Positions 13,383 to 27,709 of a DNA stretch of 64,000 nucleotides are shown here, piece by piece (position 1 is the first letter of the stretch; each line of letters opens with the position of its first letter). The DNA comes from Octopus sinensis (taxonomy: Eukaryota): positions 67,270,001 to 67,334,000 of the forward strand of contig NC_043002.1 of NCBI RefSeq assembly GCF_006345805.1, written 5' to 3'. Below the pieces are notes generated by a model, which saw only the letters and a program-made list of their open reading frames with translations, did no database searches and was not told the origin of the DNA. The position numbers and the translations under genes were made by a program.

Positions 13383-13740
13383 ACTATCTTTTAATTGTTT
13401 CAGTCATTAGACAGTGGCCATGCTGCAGCACCGTTTTGAAGAATTTTTAGTCGAATGAATCAAACCCAGTACCTATTTTTTCTTTCTTTTCAAAGCCTGG
13501 CATTTATTCTATCGATGTCTTTTGCCGAACCGCTAAGTTGCGGAGATGTAAACACACCAACACTGGTTGCCAAATGCACACGTTACGCGCTTACATATGT
13601 GTATACGACGAGCTTTTTACCGCTTCCCGTTTACTAAATCCATTCACAAGCTTTTAGTAGAAGACACTTGCCCAAGCCCCACGCAGTGGGACTAAATCCA
13701 GAGCCATGTGGTTAGAAAGCAACCTTCTTACCACAGTCTC
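13383..13740 (-). mobile_element. SINE family A, degenerate
   Basis: Reverse-complement match to 4353-4771. Confidence 0.8.
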
Positions 13741-13841
13741 GCCCCGTGCGTGTGAGAAGGCAACTCCATCAAATTTTGATATATAAATATTTTTCGATTA
13801 TTTTCGAATATTTTTTGTTAACATATTGTGCTGCCGCTTCC

Positions 13842-14040
13842 AAGGCGGCGAGCTGGCAGAATCGCTAGCATGCCGGGCAAAATGCTTAAGTTGTATTTTG
13901 CCTGTCTTTACATTCAATGCCGCCGGGGTCGATTTTGCCTTTCATACTTTCGGGGTCGATAAATTAAGTATCAGTGAAACACTGGAGTCGATGTAATCGA
14001 TTAGACCCCTCCCCGATAATTTCAGGCCTTGTACCTATTA
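13842..14040 (+). mobile_element. SINE family B
   Basis: aaggcggcgagctggcagaatcgctagc head plus core. Confidence 0.85.
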
Positions 14041-14452
14041 CTCTTTACTTTTTTACTTGTTTCAGTCATTTGACTGCGGCCATGCTGGAGCACCGCCTTT
14101 TAGTCGAGCAAGTCAACCCCAGGACTTATTCTTTGTAAGCGTAGTACTTATTCTATCGGTCTCTTTTGCCGAACAGCTAAGTTGCGGTGACGTAAACACA
14201 CCATCATCGGTTGTCAAGCGATGTTGGGCTGGGGTGGGGGGCAAACACAGACACACAAATACACACTCATATATATATACATATTTACGACGGGCTTCTT
14301 TCAGTTTCCGTCTACCAAATCCACCGATTTGTAGCTTTGGTCGGCCCGAGGCTATAGTAGAAGACACTTGCCCAAGATGCTACGCAGTGGGACTGAACCC
14401 GGGACCATGTGGTTGGTAAGCAAGCTACTTGCCACACAGCCACTCCTGCACC
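14041..14452 (-). mobile_element. SINE family A, full length
   Basis: Reverse-complement match over the whole length. Confidence 0.9.
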
Positions 14453-14821
14453 TATTAGAAAAAAATAATGATGTGCTGCCGCTTCCCTTCTTCAACTGTT
14501 TGAATACTCAGCAACGTGAAACTTACAGTATTGATTCACGAGACATTAATGTCTAATATAACAAGGCTCTACCTTATGGAATGAGTACCTCATTTGAAAG
14601 TCAAGCATTTACCATTCTATAACATGTATGTGCGCGAGCGCGCGTTTAAACCTCTGAAAAAGGTATTAAAACAGATTGTGTACCGTTATTTAACTCTGTG
14701 TTGCGTTCAATATCTTGTTGGCACGGGCATGCGCACGCGCACACACATACATCCATAGATATCCACTTGCATATATGTCTATACAATCACATATATTTTG
14801 TGTGTGTGTGTATATATATAT

Positions 14822-14859
<38 letters not shown>

Positions 14860-15756
14860 CCATCCAGATACAATGCATGCATGTACATACAGACACACAA
14901 ATATATGCATACATACATACGTATATTTAGGGAGAAATTTAATAGCCACTAAATAAGTGAATGATTGTGACACGATTTGATAAAAAAAAAGAAAAGAAGA
15001 AAACCAGCTGACTTGATGTTATCAGTGATCGATCGAGTTTGCTAAAGAACCCCTAGCATAAGTTGAAACTTCCATATTTTTTTTTTAGACATCGACTGTC
15101 TATTGTATTGTGTAGGATTTACTTTCCATCAACAGATCGCATTGATAGGAACAATAGCAAACAACCAAAATGGATCACTTCTGGTCTCCCTAAAAAAATA
15201 TTTTTTTTAAAAATGAAAGAAACTTTGACAGTTGACGGGAGGAAAAAATGGCAGGACAATTGAATGCTAAGTGAATAATGAAGTCATGAACCATTAGCCA
15301 CGACCTGATAGCTTATCCATTATCTAAGTGAATCCTCGTTAGGAGATACTTACAGGTAAACTATTTGTCCTCAAGCATGAATAAAGAGTGGTAAGTCAAA
15401 ACTAACATATTCAGAATGATCACTATAGAATATATCTTTACATTCTGGACAATTTGCAACGACAACCCAGTATATTTTGACACTGGTTGAAAACTATTAA
15501 GGTAAATTAACGATAGATAAAATACAAAGAATTTCTGAAGTCTCAACTATATATGTTACCGATCCTTAATAATAGTACTTAACGGTTCTAAAATTGTGTT
15601 TTGGTTTTGTTTTCTGTGTTTTGCTGGTGTAATAGATATGTTTGGTACAGAGTTCAAATATATCACTGTAACATAACTAGATCTTAGTTTATACGAACAT
15701 TATTTTTCATAATAAGAGAATTTGTATCTGAGAAACAATATTTATGATAGATATGT

Positions 15757-16141
15757 GGAGGCACAATGGTCCCATGGTTAGGGCAGCGGACTCGCGGACG
15801 GAGGATCACGGTTTCGATTCCCAGACCGGGCTTTGTGAGTGTTTATTGAGCGAAAACACCTAAAGCTCCACGATGCCCCGGCAGTGGGGGCGGGGCGAAC
15901 CCTGTTGTACTCTTTCACCACAATTTTTTCTCACTCTTTCTTCCTGTTTCTGTTGTACCTGTATTTCACAGGGTCAGCCTTATCACACTCTGTGTCACAC
16001 TGAACCTCCCCAAGAACTACGTTAAAGTTACACGTGTCTGTGGAGTGCTCAGCCATTTGCACGTCAATTTCACGAGCAGGCTGTTCCGTTGATCGGATCA
16101 ACTGGAACCCTCGTCGTTGTAACTGACAGAGTGCCACCGCC
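15757..16141 (+). mobile_element. tRNA-derived SINE family C, full length
   Basis: Head ggaggcacaatggtcccatggttagggcagcggactcgcgg...ggtttcgattccc with Pol III A- and B-box-like motifs, followed by ~310 bp of non-tRNA body. Confidence 0.85.
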
Positions 16142-17044
16142 ACTATATAAGATAAATTTTAATTTTCTTAGAGATTTTACATGTTTCGGTTCTTCTTGAA
16201 AAAACGGACCTTATCAAAAATATTTCTAAAAGTTAAGTGTAATAAAAAAGTTCATAATTGTTTCTTACTAGTCTCAAGAGAGTCCGCGTGGTGGCGTTTT
16301 TTTTTTGGGGGGGGGGTATAATGGCTGTCTTGTGCGTTGACTAGGTTTGTTGGCTGTAATCTTGAAAATGACCGTTGGCCGTAATACATACATACATACA
16401 TACATACATACATACATACATACATACATACATACATAAGCAACCGTCCAATCGTATTACTTACGTATGGCGTGAGGCATTGCCAGAAAACAAGAATGTT
16501 CAAAACAAAATAATAACATTTATGATATAAGCGCCATCTTTATATACCTCTGCATTGGTTGCCGATAGGTAAGCCAGATTAATCGACCTGTGTGCGTGTG
16601 GTGTGGTGTGTGTGTCTGTATGTGTGTGCTTGTGTGCATGTGTGTGCGCGCGCGTGTGTGTTCTGTTTCCACCCACTATGCTATGGTGCGTAGTCATGGC
16701 GTCCTGATTCTGTACACTCCCTTCTGCAATATATTAGACATATATATATATATATATATACAGACTCTGAGAGAAGCATCAACAGATGTCTGAGATATGG
16801 TAATTGATATTTGATAAAGTAGGGATTTAATTAAAATTTGGTTTTAAAAAATGCAATGAATTTCCTATGTGCTGTGATGCTTTTAAAGACAAAGGTCTAC
16901 ACACGCATACGCGTCAATACACACATACCTAAGTACGTGTATATATATATATATATACACACATATACATACATACATACATACATATACATACATATAT
17001 ATACATACATACATATACATACACATGCATAATCATAACATGCA

Positions 17045-17132
<88 letters not shown>

Positions 17133-17298
17133 GTAGGTGTGTGTATAATATCTATATAGTATTAATATAGGTGTGAAATAATGCATATGTTTGTATGTAG
17201 GGGTATATGCATGTAATATATGTATATGTGTGTATGTGTGTTCGTGAATCTTTATCGATCTATATAGATGTACATGTACACCAGTATATACATATATA

Positions 17299-17860
17299 TT
17301 CGGTTGTCCGGAAAGTTCGTGCCGATTTATAGTAGCTTGTCTTTCGACTTATTTTAGAACATGGTTGAGTCCATAAAATAGGCTTTGACTACACCTCCAT
17401 TTAGAGCACAGTTTAAGCTACCTTTTCGTCGAAGAAGGTTTATGTTCCTATAACCTGTGTTAATTCTGTAACCCTTTAAAATAGAAGATAAGAAAGTTCA
17501 TTGGCGGCACTAGATGCTCTGGGAACCAGGCAAAAATTGCTGCAGCTCGGCTGGAATGTGTTACCCCACCTTTCATATTCACCAGATATTGCTCCTTTGG
17601 ATTTCCACTTATTCAGGTCTCTGCAGAATAGACTTAATGGTAAAAATTTCAATTCCTTGAATGACGTAAAAATATACCTTGTTGAATTCTTTGCCATGTA
17701 ACCACTTCAATTCTGAGAAGTGGGTATTTTCAAGTTAAAGGAAAGATGGAGACGCATTGTGCAACAAAATGGTTCATATCTGGTTGATTAAAAATGTAAT
17801 GCCAAGTATTTATTGACCTTTTTCTTTCCTTTAAAAATCGGCTCGAACTTTCCGGACAAC

Positions 17861-17864
<4 letters not shown>
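17299..17864 (+). mobile_element. Internally deleted mariner element
   Basis: 30-bp TIRs (17299-17328, 17835-17864; 2 mismatches) flanked by TA. Residual transposase C-terminus LGWNVLPHLSYSPDIAPLDFHLFRSLQ (YSPDLAP motif) at 17501-17701. Confidence 0.92.
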
Positions 17865-17921
<57 letters not shown>

Positions 17922-18824
17922 CACATCATACATACATACATACATAAACACATGCGTTATGGGTGTACACGTGTCTGTATATATATGAGTCCACATGTCT
18001 GTATATAAATCTGGGTACGGATGTGTTTGTGTTTGTTGCATATGCCCGTGTAAGAAGAAAACCCCACGAAAACCACAGTATGAAGCAAAGTTCTCGGGGC
18101 ATAAAATCGATTGGAGATATTTATTTATTTACTCTTACAAGACTCGTCCTATTTCGTTCATTTTGAAACTCGTAAGAGAATATTAGAATAAAGAAAAAGG
18201 TTTGTGTAAATACATAAACGTACGATAAAATAGGGTTTGGATGAGAAGGAATAGAGCTTAATTGTAGTTAGCTAGCTGCTTGCTGATAGTTGAATTACAG
18301 GAGGTGAGATCTAATGAAGGTTATGGAGCAAAAGGTGTTGCATTAGTCGTGATGGATAGAGAGCAGTCTGATAATACTAAAGAACTGCTCATTCTTTTAT
18401 CTGTATATTTTTCTACGTATCTTCTTCCGCGTGTTTGTTAATTTGTTTAGATAAATATGTAAATAAAGTGGTTTTCTCAACGTGTCTAAAGTTGGTTTAA
18501 CTCGTCATCTCTTTATATGCCGAAATCCAGCGAGTTAAACTTCTAGATTAATACATCTAGAATACAGCATCATACAATGTCACTTATTTCTGCGTTACCG
18601 CAAGTCTCCCATACTTATGTCAAAGTGACTAGCAAGACCTGATTCCTTTTTTTTTTTCTTGTTCCGGACAGATTTTTTGCCAAAACATATTGCTTTTCTA
18701 AAGATTTACTTAACCTTTGTAGCATTCAAAGCATCAGTAAAATCTACGACACTACGGACAACGAAGACTAGAATGCGACATTGTTATATAGGATGAATCT
18801 AGTATCATGTTTTTCTTTTTTATC

Positions 18825-19175
18825 TTATATCGTTTACTTTCAGTTATTTGGCTGCAGCCATTCTGGGGTACTACCTTGAAGCATTTTTGCCGGACGTATC
18901 GACCCCCAGTACTGATTTTAAAGTCTGGTGTTTATTCTATCGATCTCCTTTAATTTACAGGGACGTAAACACTCCAACAAAGGATGTCAACGGTGACGCG
19001 GGACAAACGAAGATACACACACACACACATGTATATATATACATATACAACAGGCTTCTTTCGGTTGCCGTCTACCAAATCCACTCACAAGGCTTAGGTC
19101 GACCCGAGGCTATAGATGAAGACGTTTGCCCAAGATGCCACGCAGTGGAACTGGACCCGAAATCTTGTGATTGGG
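18825..19175 (-). mobile_element. SINE family A, old and degenerate
   Basis: Diverged reverse-complement match. Confidence 0.7.
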
Positions 19176-19614
19176 GAGAAAACATATGTATATAACGTTG
19201 GCGCATTTTTAATATTGCTCTGAAGTTAATTATGTTTTTTGCCCTGACTAATGCAGACTCAAATTAAATGGGTTAATTAAAGAAAATTTAGCGCTAATAA
19301 TTTGTAATGATAACGTTGCATTAATAATTTAAGTCTTATGACAATCTGCTTAACTATTAATTAAAACATGAAATTTGCAGTTAGTAACATTTCGCTTTTC
19401 TTTTTCTTGTCTTTTTTCTTATTTGCATACAACTTTAAGTATGGCAATCGTCAATCTTTCATACATACATACATACATACATACATATGTACACTCAACC
19501 TAAAAGCAATGGCCAATGTGTTGTACATACGTATATATCTATCTATCTATCTATCTACTATCTATCTATCTATCTATCTATCTACTATTCTATCTATCTA
19601 TCTATCTATCTATC

Positions 19615-19654
<40 letters not shown>

Positions 19655-19849
19655 GGCGATATATATATATATATAATATATGTGTGTGCGTATATATATA
19701 TATTATATATATGTGCGTATATATTTATATATATGTGCGTATATATATAGTATATGTGTGTGTGTGCGTATATATATTAATATATATGCTGTATATGTTT
19801 TTTTGTGTTCGTATATAATAACTTTAATATTTATATATATATATATGAA

Positions 19850-20030
19850 GTGGCCTCATGACTCAGTGGTTACTACCGTCGAGCTTGACGATCGTAAGGT
19901 TATGAGTTCGATTCCCGGACCCGGGCTGTGTGTTGTGTTCTTGAGCAAGACACTTTATTTCACGTTGCTCCAGTTAACTCAGCTGTAGAAATGAGTTACG
20001 ACATCACTGTTGCCAAACTATATCAGCCTT
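19850..20030 (+). mobile_element. tRNA-headed SINE with gtgttcttgagcaagacact central motif
   Basis: A-box-like tgactcagtggtt, B-box-like gagttcgattccc, then a CORE/V-domain-like motif (domain name is an inference). Confidence 0.7.
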
Positions 20031-20259
20031 TAAATAATGCATAATGCATTAAGTTACTTTAATTACTGCATTAAATAATGATATATGTAACTCCTACAAA
20101 ATGTGCCAAGCAGAAGCTACAGGAGTTACTTAAAGACGTTGCCAGCTCTTTTCATGATGGCGACTCATGCTGTTGCATTGTTTGAAACTCTTCTGTGTCT
20201 TTAGCGGGTAACTCAGTGTCGCATGAAGTTCGTTCCTTCGCCTGTACGCTTCGTCTGAG

Positions 20260-20960
20260 TTGGGCAACTAGAACTGAACTAGTCTTCGCCTACAGAAAGA
20301 TTCCATCTGCCGTCACTGGTCAACCATTGCTGGTTTCCGCTATTATGGCTTTTTTTTTAGTTGTTTTATTTCCAGTCCAATCTTCAGTAGGAAAAAGCAC
20401 GCTGAGTTTACTGGGAAACCTCGACAGTCGATTTCGATGCGCAATAAGGTTTTGTGCCCTCTTTTGACAAGAGCTTCATCAACCAAGACCTTGTATTTGG
20501 CTGTCACCCGTTGGGGGAAGTATTTGGTCTGTCTTCCCAGATTACTTTGAATTCAGCCTCGATTATCGTTTTTCTGTCTGGTTGGAGTGATTTTACAGGC
20601 AACTCTTTGAAAAGATGAATCTTTTGCATTAGGTCCACTTGCATCTCCAAGTGAGATGCTTGATGCAAAACAGAAAACGGATCCCACCGTCCCTACAGCT
20701 GTTTTTCGCAGGGGGCTTATCATCATTTCTTTAGGAATTTCATACCTTTGGATGATGATACTCATTTCTTACTGGCCTTAATTCTCTGGGGGTCCGTCCG
20801 CTTACTAATTTCTGCAAGAACACTGTGCTTGTAGTGGCCTTCTCTCAGTGTTCCAGGTTTTCCGGTCAAAATTTGGTTCAGATTGCGAAGAATTGCTTCA
20901 CACTGCTGGCAAGTAATCTTTGCTCCTATTAGAGACATTGATTGAAAAATACGTCAATAC
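20260..20960 (-). mobile_element. Degenerate C-terminus of an R2-superfamily (Hero/NeSL-like) non-LTR element with restriction-like endonuclease
   Basis: Minus-strand frames give CQQCEAILRNLNQILTG..TLREGHYKHSVLAEI (zinc-knuckle-like), PDRKTIIEAEFKVIWED and TAKYKVLVDE...IEIDCRGFPVNS...LLKIG (cf. ELTVPWE...KAKY...EVGCRGF). Confidence 0.7.
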
Positions 20961-21227
20961 CAACAATGAGAGTATATAGATGTGTCTATTATATCAAAAG
21001 TTGACAGTCTCTTTACAGTTTTTTTCCCTCAAACTGGGCTGTTCACAATTGTTGTGAACAACCCACACTGAGGCGAAACTCAAAGCAGCCTGTTAAGTTC
21101 TGATAATCAAAATATATCTTTACATATACATATACCTACCTATTTGCCTACCAACCTACCTAGATGCCTTCCTGCCTGCCTGCATACATACATACCTCTC
21201 TACATACATACAAGCGTAAATACATAC

Positions 21228-21612
21228 TCTCTTACTCTCTTTTACCTGTTTCAGTCATTTGACTGTGGTTATGCGGGAGCACCGCGTTTAGTCGAGCAAA
21301 TCGACCCCGGGGCTTATTCTTCAGAATACTAGTACTTATTCTATCGGTCTCTTTTGCCAAACTGCTAAGTTACGGGGACGTAAACACACCATCATCGGTT
21401 GTCAAGCGACGTTGGGTGGACAAACATATACATATATATATATATACACGACGGGCTTCTTTCAGTTTTTGTCTACCAAATCCACTCACAAGGCTTTGGT
21501 CGGCCCGAGGCAATAGTAGAAGACACTTGCCCAAGGTGCCACGCAGTGGGACTGAACCCGGAACCATGTGGTTCGTAAGTAAGCTACTTACCAAACAGCC
21601 ACTCCTGCGCCT
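21228..21612 (-). mobile_element. SINE family A, full length
   Basis: Reverse-complement match. Confidence 0.9.
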
Positions 21613-23769
21613 AAAAAAATATCTTAAAAATACGCTATAACATTGACAACACTGCATTAATCTGCAGATTCTAAGTCAACAGATTTCATGGTTAGGAAAT
21701 GACCTGCAAGAAACACGATGATCCCTAATTTTGGTTGATCCACTATACGTGAACCTCAACAGAGCTCAAAGAAATTATATTAACTCAGGTTAGAAATAAG
21801 ATATGGAAAATATAAATGGTCTAAATGTTTGAGACATTAAGTCTGAGAAGGAGATATTAAATTCAAATTTGAAATAACGCACAAGTGTTGAAGAATTTTC
21901 TGTAAAGTGGTAATTTAACGCCGAATGACATGTGGGTTGATCCAAACATATTTCACATAATAGCGAAGTTCAGGAAAGGAATTTTGTATGATATTGCTTC
22001 AGGATTTTATAGAATAGAGACTAAAATTATATAAATTAGAAAGTTCAAAAATAATATTATCTTGATAAAAATTAACTATCATCTCAGAATATTAAAAGAC
22101 TGGACAACGAACTAGTGGCAGTAAGTGCTTATTTTGTGAAAAATACCAAAATAATCATAGGATGTTTTGGAAAATGAAAACACTACAACGGAAGGGTAGT
22201 GCAAATGTTAGCTGTTTTTTCGTGATATATCCCGTCTATTAGAGTTGCTATTACTGTACGACTTAAAGACAATTTAAACAATTAAGAATTATTTGGCATT
22301 CATTTATAATTGGAAATAACTCTTTCAATTGCCAAGGTGACAACGCCACTTCCCTCTCATCTTGACAGGCAGCTCGGTGGAGGCGTGATTATGAAATTGC
22401 CCATGGAAATAGGAAAACATTGCTTGACAACACAGAATTAACCCTAAATTACTACAAGTTTGGTCAGTGAAACTGTTCTAGTTGTGAAATCCCAAATAAA
22501 ATTTAACGCAGCGTAATATCAAGCAAAGGACAGCCACCACCACGAAACTATTTTGTAGTGAAAGCTGACATTAATAGTAAACAATTTCAAATCTGTTGGT
22601 AACGACGGTATAATTAAAGACAACGTCATTTCCATGATTCTCGTTAATAATAAAACGACAATAATAAACGTTAAGGTCACTAACGACCACTTCATCCAGA
22701 TAATGATGCTGAGAAAGTCTAGATATACAGATGCACGCTGAAACGCTATTGTTCCAAACAAAGCATAAATTAGTAATAGACAAATGGGAACTTCAATAAA
22801 TAAATAAAATATCTTTCATAATAGACACACCAACTCAAACACAGTTTAAGTACACATATACAGAAAAAAAAACTATACGCAAATACACGCATGCACACGC
22901 GCGCGCGCACACACACACACACACACGCACACACACACACACACCACACACATATATTCCCTTACTTAGCATTTGTATAATTTCCTTTTAGAATTTTCCT
23001 AACGATATTTGTTTGATTTGAGATTGTAATCTTTCAGAGAAACAATTGCCTGTTAGTTATGGCAATTGATCAAATAGTTGATGATATTAACGTCAACGTA
23101 TTTGCGTGCGTCCACGCACGCGCACACACACTATCACACATTCATACACATGTGCGCAGCAACGTTATCTGCATTCAATTACAGTTACCTTATCACATCT
23201 AGTCACCAATAAACCTTAAAAGCTGTTATCACTTAACACATTTATTTGCTTACAGCTAGTACGAACTTCGACATGGCGATAATACTGAAAAGGGGAAATC
23301 GTCAGCACAGAGTGTGGCTTTAGTATGTCTGTAAATAAAGGCAAAAGGTAGCATCCAACGAAGATAAAGCAATTAAATATAGATAAGAATAACAGATCAA
23401 ATATATATCAACTTAAGTTGCCCTGAATCTTATGCTTAAACAATTCAGACACACTTAACATTGCAATCTGTGCACTGTTTTGAAATATCTATTTAAAACA
23501 ATGAAACGGCAATACGATGTTACGTTAAAAATCGAAGAACTCCAAATTCTTGCAGAATTCTTAAAAGTCGTAATATGCACTGAATCAAAAGTCTATTCCA
23601 ATTGAATGGATTACGAAATGGACTCGTAAGAGACCATCGGTAAATAACTGAACGTAACACTTTCAAAATGAAAGATTGGATGAAAAGAGAAGTCTACTTT
23701 TATAATATATTTTGTAATTCTTTAATAATTCTTTAAACTTAAGATGCGAACTAAATCAAGATAGTTTTA

Positions 23770-24200
23770 CTGACATTTCATCCAGCTCTTTACATTCGGC
23801 CCAAGTCGACTTTGAAATTTGAAATTCGGCCGAGGTCGACTTTGCCTGTCATCCCTTTCGCGGTCGATAAAATAAGTACCAGTTAAGCCCTGATGTCGAT
23901 GTAATCAACTAGTTCCCTCCTTGTGCCTATAGTAGAAAAGATTTTATGTTACATTATTTACACAAAACGAAACTACTTCAAAATTTAATAACTTGAGCAA
24001 AATATTATGACAATCATCTGATAATTATGTAATTCAACAAGTGAATATAATTCTTTAAGTAAACTGAATTGTTTTCGACTTCTTACGTTCTCAGTTCAGT
24101 TCCGGCTGGTTTCAACTATATCGGGGGTCAGTAAAATAAATAACCAGTCAAGTACTGGGGTTGATGACATCGGTTAACCCCCTCTCTTCAATTGCTGGCA
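23770..24200 (+). mobile_element. SINE family B, two degenerate copies
   Basis: Cores at ~23825-23900 and ~24100-24170. Confidence 0.65.
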
Positions 24201-25194
24201 TTATTCAGAAACCATTATTGTCACGATTAGTTTTTCTGTTCATCGAATAAAGATGGCGATATTTCCTGCCATAAGAGTTTCAAAAATCTTTATACCAATA
24301 AACATTAAGTTTTGGCTACAAATGAAACATTTTCAAATATTTAACACAGATAAATACGCAGAGGAATGAGGAGCTTATTTCTGGTGGAAAATCAACCAAT
24401 TAGGAAAGAAATGTTTCCCTTCTAATCCAACACCTCTTCTTATTCAGTAATGCCCTTCAGCTCCCCTCTCATCTTAATTTTTTTTCTCCACCTCACCCGC
24501 TTATCTCCCTTTTTTATTTCCTTTTCTTTTTTTCTTCTCTTCCCTAGTCTCTCTTTGCTACAACTTCCCGTCTACGTATGAAGCTCGCGTTGCCTTGCAT
24601 ACCTCATCTACTGCAGCCAATTTCTCAGACATAGAGTATGTAAAGTTCTACTGTCTTTCTTTTTCTTCCCGTCTGTCACCTTTCTCCGAAGAGGGAATCT
24701 GTCCGCAACGTTGGGCAATATTTTACTCTCCTAGACAATTTCACTGAACCCTTTCTGTCGTTTTAATGAAACATTATTGAGTCAATACTGTCGTTGTACA
24801 GAAGTATCCGAATGGAAACTAACTAAACTATCTAACAAAAATTAGGATTATGGGTATGTGATAATACAAACACATACAAAAAGGTTAAAACACATTCTGA
24901 ACACTATTAAATACACACGTAAGCTTAAAAAAAACGTTTAGACAAATGCATACACACATATACACATATACACAGACGAACATACACATCCATGTGCGTA
25001 TGCGTGTATATAGTAAACTGTAAAGCAATTTTTTGCTGACGAGAAATAACAAGATCGAAACGTCCGTTGTTTTCACGAATTCGTTACAAAGTGAAGGGTT
25101 GAGTAATCCTTCACTTCAATGTAAATTTATTATTATTACAACTCGACTTAAAAACAAACATTAAATATGTCTATACTATGGTCAGAAAGATGAG

Positions 25195-25390
25195 AGAATT
25201 GTTAGCACACTGGGAAAAATGCTTATCGGCATTTCATCCGTCTACACATTCCGAGTTCAAATTCTGCAGAGGTCGACTTTGCTTTCCATCCTTTCGGGGT
25301 CGATAATATTAAGTATCAGCTGAACTCTGGAGTCAATGTAATCGACTTAGCCCCTTCCCCGAAATTGCTGGCCTTGTGCTAAAATTTGAA
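25195..25390 (+). mobile_element. SINE family B
   Basis: gagttcaaattctgcagaggtcgactttgctttccatcctttcggggtcgata core. Confidence 0.8.
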
Positions 25391-25627
25391 GTCAATATAT
25401 ATGTCTATACATACATACATACAGTTGTTCAGTATCCCAGCCGTGACGAGTCGATGTTAAATGGGTTGAAACAATCGTAGTGATCAATAAACACTCTCGT
25501 ACCTTCCACCTTCCGTCACTGTCATTAATCAGATACCCAACGAAGACTGTGAAAGTGGACGTGCTTTACCGGTATATTACCAGGCGTATACTTTATGATT
25601 TAGTACCTAATATATATATATATATAA

Positions 25628-25997
25628 ACTAGCAGTATCGCCCGGCGTTGCTCGGGTTTGTAAGGGAAATAACTATAAAGCATTTTTAGAGAGTTATAGC
25701 CAAAAAAATGGAAAAAAAATGATGGTAAATTTTTTTTAGTTAAAAAGGTCGAGTTGCGTCCCTAGACAGTCTGTGGTTTGTGTTTCTGATTCTCGACTCC
25801 ATGTCGAATTTATCGATTTTTTTCAGAACTGGGGGAACTTTTCAAAATTTTCGCTGCGTTAGTTTGAATTATGACATTGGGCTATGTGTGTGTCAAGTTT
25901 CATCAGAATCGGTTGAAAGCCGTGGTCAGGGTGAGGGACAACTGACAGACCACACAGAAACACACACAGACAAACTGCCGTTTATATATAGAGAGAT
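25628..25997 (+). mobile_element. Non-autonomous Helitron/Helentron-like element
   Basis: Inserted in (TA)n; 5' end actagcagtatcgcccggcgttgctcggg, 3' end ...ctgccgttttatatatagagagat. This layout resembles Lep1/DINE-type rolling-circle elements; no TSD. Confidence 0.6.
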
Positions 25998-26610
25998 GAG
26001 GGGGACCTCTACATGGTAGCTAGACCTGGTAGAAATAGCAGCCAAATTTCCCCCAATCACACCTTACTGTCTTATCTATGTATATATGTATGTATGAGCC
26101 TATGAGGGAGACCCCTACATGGCAGCTAGACCTGTAGAAATAGCAGCCAAATTTCCCCCAAATCACACCTTACTGTCTTATCTATGTATATATGTAGTAT
26201 GAGCCTATGAGGGAGACCCCTACATGGCAGCTAGACCTGGTAGAAATAGCAGCCAAATTTCCCCCAAATCACACCTTACTCTGTCTTATCTATGTATATA
26301 TGTATGTATGAGCCTATGAGGGAGACCCCACATGGCAGCTAGACCTGGTAGAAATAGCAGCCAAATTTCCCCCAAATCACACCTTACTGTCTTATCTATG
26401 TATATATGTATGTATGAGCCTATGAGGGAGACCCCTACATGGCAGCTAGACCTGGTAGAAATAGCAGCCAAATTTCCCCCAAATCACACCTTACTGTCTT
26501 ATCTATGTATATATGTATGTATGAGCCTATGAGGGAGACCCCTACATGGCAGCTAGACATGGTAGAAATAGCAGCCAAATCTCCCTCAAATCACACCTTA
26601 CTGTCTTATC
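25998..26610 (+). repeat. Tandem array of ~5.7 copies of a 105-109 bp unit
   Basis: Units start at 25998, 26104, 26209, 26318, 26424 and 26531 (gagggagacccctacatggcagctagacctggtagaaatagcagccaaat...). Confidence 0.95.
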
Positions 26611-27648
26611 TTTCTGCTACTTGGATATAGGTGTTATATTCGTCGTAAAAAAACTTTCCTGTCAACACTCACGCACACGCACACACACACACACACCACC
26701 CTCACACACACACACACGCGCACACCCACACACACCCACTCACACACACGCACGTTAGCTTACAATTTTATTTATATATTTGCGTGTCTGTGTGGAAAGA
26801 GGAAGTGGGAGGCAGAGTGGAAAGAATCACTCACTACAGTAAGTCAATTACTTTCATTTTATTCGTTGCCCACTGTGTGTGTGCGTTTGCGTGTGCTGTA
26901 AACCAGACTAAGAAAAGCATTTGACACACACACCAGAATGTGAATTTTCTGTAAATTTTGCTTAACTGGAGTTTAAATTTTAAAAACTGGACCTGGCATG
27001 ACGCGATGCATTGTACTCTTAAAAATGCAAGGTAAATTGTAATTGAAGAAATCCTATATTGTAGATTTGTATAACTCCCAAAGGGAGGCAGATAAAATCT
27101 GCCTTTTATAATAAGAGATTACCAGTTATTGTCTTAAATACAAACGCTACTAAGGAATAAGTTGAAAGAACTTCCGACAAAGAAGACGAGACAAGTGTAT
27201 GAAGAATAATAAACAACGATGTTAGTCCCCTGTTACTGATATGTAGAGTCCCCCGGGTGGGATTACTGTCACGTGTTCAGCTTTAAATCATTGCTTATAA
27301 TATTTCATATATTTATTTATTTATTTACGTATTTATGTATGTATATGCGTATGTTTGGTTGTATGTGTAAGTTAGTGTGTGTGTATGCGTGAGAGAGAGG
27401 TACAACAAAAATGTGTTATGTATACATGCATACATACATGCACACATATATATACGTACATACATTCATACATGCATTCGTGCATACGTACACACACACA
27501 CACACACAAACACACACGCATGCATGCATGCATACGTACAGCTTGTGGGAGAGTGAGAGAAACGAGCAAGCTGATAACAGAAAATGAAAGCAGATGATAT
27601 TCTAGATTGAGAGAGCAGGTAGGTGGGGGTAAAGAGGGAGAGAGGGTT

Positions 27649-27709
<61 letters not shown>

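Noticed and set aside
15757-15832. tRNA gene (also at 36294, 49075, 58858 and 19850)
   Set aside because: No complete cloverleaf, no acceptor-stem pairing or terminator, and each runs into a shared repeat body, so these are SINE heads.
25998-26610. CRISPR-like regular array
   Set aside because: Whole units are near-identical with no unique spacers, and the context is eukaryotic with no cas genes.
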